A stretch of 64,000 nt of DNA, the filler included, from Stramenopiles sp. TOSAG23-6 (taxonomy: Eukaryota): NCBI GenBank assembly GCA_900128565.1. It is 8 parts of 8 records of this genome, joined end to end, with 100 filler letters (N's around TTAATTAATTAA, not from the genome) between each part and the next. Parts side by side here need not be neighbours in the genome. Positions count along the whole stretch, not along the records: positions 56,489 to 64,000 come from LT636556.1; 7 more parts are not named here. One strand, given 5' to 3'. Under the pieces are notes generated by a model, which was given only the letters and a program-made list of their open reading frames with translations, was not told the origin of the DNA and searched no databases. This document shows, piece by piece, positions 56,489 through 64,000 of the stretch. Position 1 is the first letter of the stretch, and each line of letters begins with the position of its first letter. Both the position numbers and the translations under genes were made by a program.

Positions 56489-59400
56489 CACATTTCGTGT
56501 CTCAGGAGTTGTATTTTCATTTCTTGTTTGAAAATATTTTTTTTAATTTTTTTGTTAGGTACAAAATTTCGTATGAAAATTTAAAATTTTCATTTCTTGT
56601 TTGAAAATATTTTTTTTAAATTTTTTTGTTAGGTACAAAATTTCGTATGAAAATTTAAAATTTTGTAATGATTAAAAATGTACATTGATTGTAGATCCTT
56701 CGGCACCTAATGCAAATGTATTGTAGAAAAATATTTCAAAAAAAAACTAAAAAAAATCGTTAGGTACAAAATTTCGTACGAAAAAAAATTCATACAAAAA
56801 AAAAATAAAACATACATATTTGATACTGCTTTTGCTTTTATACACTGATCATATTTATAACAACGAAAAGCATGGAATGCATATGCATATTGTCGTTGTG
56901 CTACGTACCATAATTTTGAATGTAAGAATTTCGCAGCTGCTTCAAGATTTCCATATTTTGTCTGCGTATTCATAGATACATTGCGAGCAGTTTTGTACCA
57001 AAAGTGTAAGGCTCGTCCTAATTTCTTCTGTATCATTCCTCTCAGGGCAACGGAGAAAAGAAGAGCAGCTATTTGACGTGTATATTCACAATTTCTATAA
57101 TCCATAGTCACCATTTGCCAAATATCAAAGGTATGTGACACAATTCTTTTATTATAATGTCTCAATCTACTGAAAATTGATTTCAAAGCGATTTTCTTTT
57201 CAATTTTTACAAGACGATTTTGTTTTGTTACCTGACACCAATGTTGATAAAAACAATAAACAGTTTTATGGAGAAGTCTATTTAAGATTTTAGGAATGAT
57301 GACAGATGAAAGTATTGTGAAAAATATTCTTTTTTTTTTTTTTAAATTTGTTAGGTACAAAATTTCGTATGAAAAAAAAATTTGAAATTCATGATGAAAA
57401 CGTACAATGTGTCGACGTTTCAAATATTCATTTTTCATTAATTCTGAACCTAATTTCCACTGTGCAAATCCTTGGCTTTTGCTTACTAGAGACATGCGAC
57501 GTACTATGAGATTCATTTTATGAATTTGTGCATTATACATGTATTTTGGGAAAATATTTTTTTTTTTTACCGAAAATAAAAAAAAAATGTTAGGTACAAA
57601 ATTTACTATGAAAAAAAAAATTCGAAATTCAATTTTGAAAACGTACAATCCCATAGATAATATCTGATCTCTCCAGACATTAAAAGCTAAACGTTTTTTA
57701 TTCAAAACTTTGCGCTGACTTAATGTCTTTATACAAGTAACAGACCAACAATATTTTAATACATGTATTTTGGAAAAATATTTCAAAAAAAAAACTAAAA
57801 AATTTGTTAGGTACAAAATTTTCAAAAAAAAAAAACTTCGATTTTTTTTTTACCGAAAAAAAAAAAAATAAAACATACATCGTGTTCTTTGTATGCATTT
57901 ATAAGTTCTGATTCATTTTCACATTTTTTCTGAACTTCTATTTTATTTTTCCATTTATACAATGAAACTTTTAATGTACAACAACGTTTTAAATATGCAG
58001 TTTGGTGAATGTTAATCAGTGTGAGGAATGTGAAATATTTCAGTGCGTTACTTTGACGAGATAATGCTACACTTAATGCGGAATTTTTTTTCTTTTCCTG
58101 TAAAACAGCAAATTTACACATTGATTTTGATTTTTCTTTACACTCTAAAAGCATTTGAGAATATTTGTTCTTTAGTTCTTCTAAGGCATTTCGTGTGTTA
58201 GCACTAGACAATTCACGTTCTTTGTGTAAAGTAACTCTCATATTACGAAGCTCAGCCCTTTGATGTTCATATGCTACAGCATATGATATAATGTAAGAAA
58301 ATATGTCAAGTTTCACATGTATGAGGTACAGAATTTTCTATGGAATTCTGAAAAATTGAGTTTGTACCAAATTTCGTACGTAACAAACATGCTGAAAACG
58401 TACATGGTGCTCCAAGTGCAATAGCTCCATTCGTTTCAATTGATAATTCTTTACTCCATAATTTCATTTTGAGAGCAATTGATTTTAATACATCTAATTC
58501 TTTACTATTTTCATCTGAATCTAAATGAACATTTGGACTATTTTCATCTGAACTTGGATGTATTGCAGAAAATATATATTTTTTTTAGTAAAACAAAAAA
58601 TCGTTAGGTACAGAATTTCGTACAAACAAAAAAATATTTGAAATGTATCATTGAAACAAACATGTATTGCAGAAAGAACAGCATTTTCTGATACTATTTT
58701 AGTATTTTTATGTATTTGATGATAAATCATATTTGTAATTTCATTTACTCTAGTCTCTAGTGAAGCTAAATGATGAATACTAGCTTCTCGTTTTGCATCA
58801 AACTTTGTCTTTTGGATAATTTGTACTACATCGTTTTGGTGTTGTTTCTCGAGTGAACGTATAGACGTCTCCTTTTCTGTAATTGCTTCAAGTTTTTCGC
58901 GTCGTCTGTTTTGTGAAAAAAATATTGTTTTTTCAATAGAACAAATTCGTTAGGTATGAAAAAAAATTTTTGAAAAAAAAAAAATTCAAAAAATTCAAAA
59001 AATTCAAAAAATTCAAAAAAAAAAAAATAAATATAAAATGAATGATGAAAACAAACAATCGACTTTCATATTCTTCCTCCAAATGTTCGCATTTTTTCAG
59101 AGATTCTTTCTTCAAATCTTGAAAAGTGACATGTAATGAATCAATTTCTTTAGAATGTTGAGACATCGTATTTTTCATACGCTCTATAGAAATAATCCTT
59201 TCTTCTTCATGCACTACGTATTTTGGAAAAATATTTCAAATTATTTTTTGTTAGGTACAAAATTTTTATAAAAAAAAAATTCATATAAAAAAAAATAAAA
59301 CATACACTTTTAAAGAAGTAACTAATTTTTCCTGTGCGTCTTTGATTCGTGTGCATTCTATTTGATGTTCCTGTACATATATTGTGAAATTTTTTTTTAA

Positions 59401-60740
59401 TCAAAAAAAAAAATTGTTAGGTACAAAATTTTTTTACAAAAAAAAAAAAAAAATATACATTTGAAATGAAGGATAAAAACGTACGATATTGGAAAATCTT
59501 TTTTCCCATTCTTCAATTTCGGCATTTTTTAACGCTTCCATTTCTTCAAATTTATTATTATATTCTGCTACTAACGCAGATCTCTCTTTATTATGAACAC
59601 TTACAAGTTTTTCTATTTTTGTATGGTGGACTTTTTCAATCTTTTCTATCTTTATAGTATATATAGTTGCATTTTTTTCTATTGTGTCTTTTAATTCATG
59701 TATTTTGGAAAAATATTTCAAAAAAAAATTGTTAGGTACAAAATTTCGTATGAAAAATAAATTCGAAATTAAAAAAAAATAAAACATGCATCTATCTCTA
59801 CACGTAGCAATTTTTCCTCGGATTCCCTCTCTGCCATTAGCTTACTCATATCAGCTGCATGCTCAAGTGATAGGAGACCCCTTAAAGTATCTTCAGCTTG
59901 TATTCTCGATTTATGTTGTTCTTCTTTTGATTTTTGATATTCCAGCTCTCGATTTTTTTCTCTAACTTTCATTTCTTGTATTTTTGCTTTCCAAGTTTTA
60001 TTAATTTCAATAATATTTTGCTCATTTTTATGTTCTTGTTGAATCAATGACTCGTTTAATTGTTTTATAGAAGATTCTAATTTAGCATTCAATCCTGGCC
60101 AATCTTTTTCTTGTATGTGTTGCATAACTTTCCGCATTTTTGCTATATCTTTTGCTTCTTGGTCAGCTAAGCGAGATAGTTCCCTTTCATGTATTGCGCT
60201 GCTTTCCTTTCTTTTCTGTCGTTCTGATATAATCTTTTCTTTATACTTTTTTATTTCATTTTGATGCTTTTTCATCACATTGTCTAATTCATTTTTTGCT
60301 TCTCTACGTAATTCTATTCGTAGATCTGTTAAAGACTCTTTGGTTGCTTCTATTTCACAAGCATATTCTTCGGAAGCAGCCTCCCTCAATGCTTTAGCGG
60401 TAGAAACTTGGCTTTTAAGTTCTAATTCTTTTTTCGATAATTCTTCACATCTTCTCTTAGAAGTGTTTAATTTTTTTTGTATATCTAAATGAAAATATTC
60501 CGTGTGCTCCAAGCCCTCCAAAATTTTAGCGTTGTGGGCGTATTTCATTTCTATTTCCTTTTGATAATTACATTCTTGCTCTAGCAGAGCATGTTTTTCT
60601 TCTGCGTCTCTAACTGCAGATATATCTAAATGAGTAGTATCTAAATGAGAATTATCCATTGCAAAATCGCCTACATGTGAGGAAAATGTAGAGGTTTCCA
60701 CAGATGGAACTTTCGATGTGTCTACGTGTGAGGGAATCAT
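56489..60740 (-). CDS. Large coiled-coil protein with Sfi1-like W repeats; 11 family introns, 3' truncated
   Basis: Exons 60740-59790, 59697-59485, 59376-59306, 59215-59057, 58905-58662, 58557-58404, 58285-57879, 57762-57647, 57538-57406 and 57309-56816 keep phase through nine consecutive junctions; the last two junctions are ambiguous. Confidence 0.75.
56519..56683 (-). mobile_element. Repeat-family intron with internal ~73-bp tandem duplication
   Basis: AT|GTACAT; branch motif and acceptor region present twice; acceptor placement uncertain. Confidence 0.6.
56716..56815 (-). mobile_element. Repeat-family intron, GT-AT (alternative AT donor at 56819)
   Basis: AT|GTATGT...ACAATACAT|TT. Confidence 0.7.
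57310..57405 (-). mobile_element. Repeat-family intron, GT-TT (96 nt)
   Basis: ATT|GTACGT...CACAATACTT|TCA. Confidence 0.7.
57539..57646 (-). mobile_element. Repeat-family intron, GT-AT (108 nt)
   Basis: TT|GTACGT...AAAATACAT|G. Confidence 0.78.
57763..57878 (-). mobile_element. Repeat-family intron, GT-AT (116 nt)
   Basis: GAT|GTATGT...AAAATACAT|GTA; joins two ORFs. Confidence 0.8.
58286..58403 (-). mobile_element. Divergent family intron, GT-AT (118 nt)
   Basis: AT|GTACGT...GTACCTCAT...ATTATAT|CA; frame restored. Confidence 0.7.
58558..58661 (-). mobile_element. Repeat-family intron, GT-AT (104 nt)
   Basis: CAT|GTTTGT...GCAATACAT|CCA. Confidence 0.78.
58906..59056 (-). mobile_element. 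Repeat-family intron, GT-AG (151 nt)
   Basis: TT|GTTTGT...CATACCTAAC...CACAAAACAG|A. Confidence 0.78.
59216..59305 (-). mobile_element. Repeat-family intron, GT-GT (90 nt)
   Basis: GT|GTATGT...AAAATACGT|AGTG; using the adjacent AG gives a stop. Confidence 0.72.
59377..59484 (-). mobile_element. Repeat-family intron, GT-AT (108 nt)
   Basis: ATC|GTACGT...CACAATATAT|GTA. Confidence 0.78.
59698..59789 (-). mobile_element. Repeat-family intron, GC-AT (92 nt)
   Basis: GAT|GCATGTTTT...AAAATACAT|GAA. Confidence 0.75.
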
Positions 60741-60969
60741 TATTCTACAATAATATCAGAGAGGATCAGAGAGAGAGAGTGTTAAAACTTTTTCAAATTT
60801 TGATGGGAAAAAACTAAATTTGAAATTGAATTTTTTTTAAAATCCATCGGCCATGCGTTAAATTCAAATTGCTATTTATGAACTGTATTTAATTACTACG
60901 GTAGTATTTGTGTAATTGTGTTCTTTCAAAGCAAACATAAACGCAAACATAAACACATAATATACGACA

Positions 60970-61569
60970 ATGATAAACTTTCAAAAGCTACTTACTATAT
61001 CACTGGCATTCACTTTTGAAAGTGGATTAGCAGTAATCCCTTTTGAAAGCCTTGATGGAGCAACCCCGGAGGAACAACTGTTGACGCTAGAAGCGGAAAT
61101 AAGAAGTCTGAGACTGCAATTGACCCCGGAGAAAAAACACAAAGCGACTGTACATGCAAGAACAACACAGAATGAGTTGGCACTGGAAACTGGATTTGTT
61201 AATTCGAATAAGAAAGGTGTTTCGACTGCACCGACAAAAAGAGTAACATTCAGTCGTGAAACAAAGCAACAAGAAGAAGTCAAAAAGCCGCCGACGGCGA
61301 GAACAGAAAAGATGAAAGGATCTACGGGATTAAGGCTCGCGGGAGCAGAAGATAGATATGGAAATTTTCACATCCATGGAGGAAATTTTTTCCATGACCA
61401 TGTAAACACTTATTTGGCAGAGAAAGCTGCTAAAGGGCGCGGGGAGCCAACGGAGTTGGAGAAGATAAGAACGCTCATTGAAAACCTGGAGAACATGCAG
61501 ACACGAAAGCTCTTTGAAGACTTGAGGAAGAAAGCACATACGGTCGGATTGCGCAAAATCCTGCAATAA
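60970..61569 (+). CDS. Secreted hypothetical protein
   Basis: 199-aa ORF with a signal-peptide-like start. Confidence 0.6.
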   Translation: MINFQKLLTISLAFTFESGLAVIPFESLDGATPEEQLLTLEAEIRSLRLQLTPEKKHKATVHARTTQNELALETGFVNSNKKGVSTAPTKRVTFSRETKQQEEVKKPPTARTEKMKGSTGLRLAGAEDRYGNFHIHGGNFFHDHVNTYLAEKAAKGRGEPTELEKIRTLIENLENMQTRKLFEDLRKKAHTVGLRKILQ

Positions 61570-61730
61570 TAGAGTCATACGTCTTTATATTTTTATTCAT
61601 CATGTGATATATTGAACATAGCGTTTCAAAATTCATAGTTGCTTCTTTTATTATAGAATGTTTCTTTGAAAAAAAAAAGAATAAAAAAAAGTTCAAATTA
61701 TCTTTTATAGTCTGATACCACGTAAACATA

Positions 61731-62753
61731 TCATCCAATACGAGTTGCGCTAATATCTAAGTTAGGTGCACCTGGAGCCTTCATTGCTGTTTCTAGCAAT
61801 GTCTTTGTCTTAATTTCGTCACTACTTGGCAAACCCTTAGCCTTTTGAGATTGGTCAAACATTATTTTCCGTATGGCTGCTTGAGTTTCTGAGTTATACG
61901 TCTCAAGTTTTTGGGTCGAATCAACTTTCGTACAGTCAATTTCTTGATGGCCTTTTAAAACACTTTTCCACCAAGTAGAAACTTTTTTATCTAAAGTTAG
62001 AGTTATGATTCGTTCACTTGTTTGGAAAATGGAATCTTCAATTTGCCATAAGCATTCAGAAGGTCGCACTGCCATATCAAAGACTCCATCCAAAAGACGA
62101 ACATTCGATGATTCTGAATTATCTAGTCTAATACAAATCTTATCTGTAGAAAATGCACAATTGATGTCCTTACTTTTTGTTCCAAAAGGCACAGGAATGT
62201 TCACAGTGACGTCATCGAGAGTTTGAGTCCACCAATAGTTAGATGTAATTCCTCCATTGCCGATAGGAATTTGTTTGCCATCATCTGTATACTTTATAGA
62301 GGGTACAACCGATTTCTGACATGACACAAAAGACTTGCACTGATTTGCTTTTGTGGATTCTAAGGAGAAATCAGCATTACTCAAACTAGAGACGTCCTGT
62401 ATTGGTCGTTTTAACTGAGCTGCTTTTTCTTTTTTCACACTTGATGGAGTTACTTGCCTCGACGTTTCTATTTTTTTTACATTTTTTTCGACGGAAGAGA
62501 TACCTTTATGTGATATAGGAGATGCATCAGGATGTGGTTTCAAATGCAATTTACGGAAAGAACGAAGGAGAAGAGACTCTGCAACACCTGGCGGAAAACC
62601 CATGTTTGCACCTCCAGGTGGTTGAACTACGTAGAAGTCTGTCCGACGATGCAAGAAACTGAAAAATGTCTCAAGTAGTGGTTCAATACCTCCTTGCTGT
62701 TGTGCTATTCCTAGAAGTACATCATCATACCGTCCGTCACTGGGATCTGGCAT
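61731..62753 (-). CDS. NudC family protein (NudC-N plus CS domain)
   Basis: LLETFFSFLHRRTDFY, NYWWTQTL, WWKSVLKG and AIRKIMFDQ.QK..GLPSSDE. Confidence 0.9.
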   Translation of the reverse strand: MPDPSDGRYDDVLLGIAQQQGGIEPLLETFFSFLHRRTDFYVVQPPGGANMGFPPGVAESLLLRSFRKLHLKPHPDASPISHKGISSVEKNVKKIETSRQVTPSSVKKEKAAQLKRPIQDVSSLSNADFSLESTKANQCKSFVSCQKSVVPSIKYTDDGKQIPIGNGGITSNYWWTQTLDDVTVNIPVPFGTKSKDINCAFSTDKICIRLDNSESSNVRLLDGVFDMAVRPSECLWQIEDSIFQTSERIITLTLDKKVSTWWKSVLKGHQEIDCTKVDSTQKLETYNSETQAAIRKIMFDQSQKAKGLPSSDEIKTKTLLETAMKAPGAPNLDISATRIG

Positions 62754-62996
62754 TTTACAAAAATATAAATTTGATTCAATCTCAAATAACCAACTTGTAT
62801 AGTACGATGAATGAAACAAAAAAATATACTGTCAAATTCATGACACGTGGCGGTGGCGTGCAGTCAAAATTTATCAAAATTTGACGGACTACAGCTGCTA
62901 CTTACTGTGTATGTTTACAGTATGGCATATATGCATAAGATTATCCAATGAAAAATTAGAAATTAAGAATCTGATACTCATTGAATAATTATAATC

Positions 62997-63906
62997 ATGA
63001 CTCCATCTCAGATGCGAGCAATAGCTTCGTTAGACTCTACCTTTGAAAAATCTAGTAAAGAATCAAAAAAGAGGAACCAACCCAGTAGTTCGAAGCGCAG
63101 TGACTCAGGAAAGAAGAAACGTCGCCGTAATACAGCTGCTAATAGTAAAAGATCTAGTGGCACTTCAAATAGTCCACACAAAGATCAACACCATGACCAC
63201 GACATATCTCATGTACAATCCACGGGAGAACTCTCAAATGATAGTAAAATAAAACAGGTAGAATATCTGAGTGATAGTGAGTATGCCGCGGCATCTACAT
63301 ACGTAAATAAATTTTTAGAAACAACCCTAAGTAGCATAGATAAACCTGGAATGCGACCTGGAGACGTAATTAAATCAAAGCTACAGAATAAATTAGTGTT
63401 ATTAGATAATAAAGAGAAGGATGTATCTCTAAGTAAAATGCTTAATATGAATCAAAAAACTGGAGGTGTTGAGATGCGTAATGTTGGTCTACATGGCGAA
63501 GGTGTAAAAGGAGATGGCAGACCTCTGTGGGGTTGTACGAAACGCAATAGTATTTTTCTACAGATGTTTCAAAGTGAAAAAAAATACGATTCTCAAGAAT
63601 CTGCCACTGGAAGATGCAATCAAAACATTAAACACTATGAGAATTTGCATCGCATATGTATGTTTTATTTTTTTTTAATTTCGAATTTATTTTTTCGTAC
63701 GAAATTTTGTACCTAAGGAATTTTTTTTTCAAATATTTTTCCAAAATACATGGATACAGTATGCTAGTGACCTTTACAATATAGTGAGTGGCAAAAAACA
63801 CGAAAGGGGAAAAGCAACCCAAAAAGAACGAAAACCATGGACAAAAGTAGAGAAAGAGGAAATAAGTGCAGCACTTGCTGAAGCATTTCTTTCTGCCGAC
63901 TTGCAT
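62997..63906 (+). CDS. POP4: RNase P/MRP subunit POP4 (Rpp29); exons 62997-63657 and 63752-63906, continues beyond window
   Basis: Splicing gives LHRIWIQYASDL, followed by LSADLH at the next donor, matching the Rpp29 LH..W.QY and ADLHG motifs. Confidence 0.75.
63658..63751 (+). mobile_element. Repeat-family intron, GT-AT (94 nt)
   Basis: AT|GTATGT...AAAATACAT|GG; creates the conserved Trp codon. Confidence 0.83.
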
Positions 63907-64000
63907 GTATGTTTTATTTTTTTTTCAATTTTGAATTTATTTTTCGTACGAAATTTTGTACCTAACAAATTTTAGTTTTTTTTTTTTTGAAATATTTTTC
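63907..64000 (+). mobile_element. Repeat-family intron, cut by window end
   Basis: CAT|GTATGTTTT...GTACCTAAC...GAAATATTTTTC. Confidence 0.78.

Noticed and set aside
56489-59789. Nucleosome-length periodicity of intron spacing
   Set aside because: Exon lengths (213, 71, 159, 244, 154, 407, 116, 133, 494, 32) show no clear period.
16770-63751. U12-type AT-AC interpretation of the introns
   Set aside because: It works only where AT precedes the donor; it creates a stop at 33683-33784, and donors lack the RTATCCTT consensus.
16770-63751. Ciliate IES-like DNA elimination instead of splicing
   Set aside because: Dinucleotide-flanked precise removal is reminiscent, but strict sense orientation, GTAYGT donors and a CTAAC branch-like motif favour RNA splicing; not formally excluded without reads.
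16217-63975. Recurring peptide ends [17 protein letters not shown] and YEILYLT in the ORF track
   Set aside because: These are the three-frame translations of the intron core, not a protein motif.

Overview
Eukaryotic, AT-rich, gene-dense DNA from an assembly of unrelated ~8 kb contigs joined by artificial N44-TTAATTAATTAA-N44 spacers. The contigs decrease in length, and contig 1 (1-7997) is present twice. Gene content (PKD2-like and CNBD K+ channels, CD2BP2, DDX55, ESD, GME, CASC1/DNAI7, VPS28, uL15m, ZNF593, LSM7, NudC, POP4) suggests a flagellated protist, possibly a stramenopile; that placement is inference. Main result: every intron I could find belongs to one repeated ~90-165 nt family, GTAYGTTTT...TTTCGTACGAAATTTTGTACCTAAC...GAAATATTTTTCCAAAATACAT. 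By manual count there are 25 complete, 7 truncated and 1-2 degenerate copies. Reading-frame and conserved-motif restoration place the 3' ends almost never at AG (20 AT, 2 AG, 2 TT, 1 GT). The core has short inverted ends (GTAT..TTTT / AAAATAC), and the last dinucleotide usually repeats the last two bases of the upstream exon. This points to an Introner-like mobile intron family with non-canonical, mainly GT-AT, boundaries. Other points: a bacterial-type phosphatase gene between a GME gene and its deleted duplicate, recurrent two-unit TTAGGG inserts, a ZNF593 lacking its zinc ligands, and a membrane-anchored USP.
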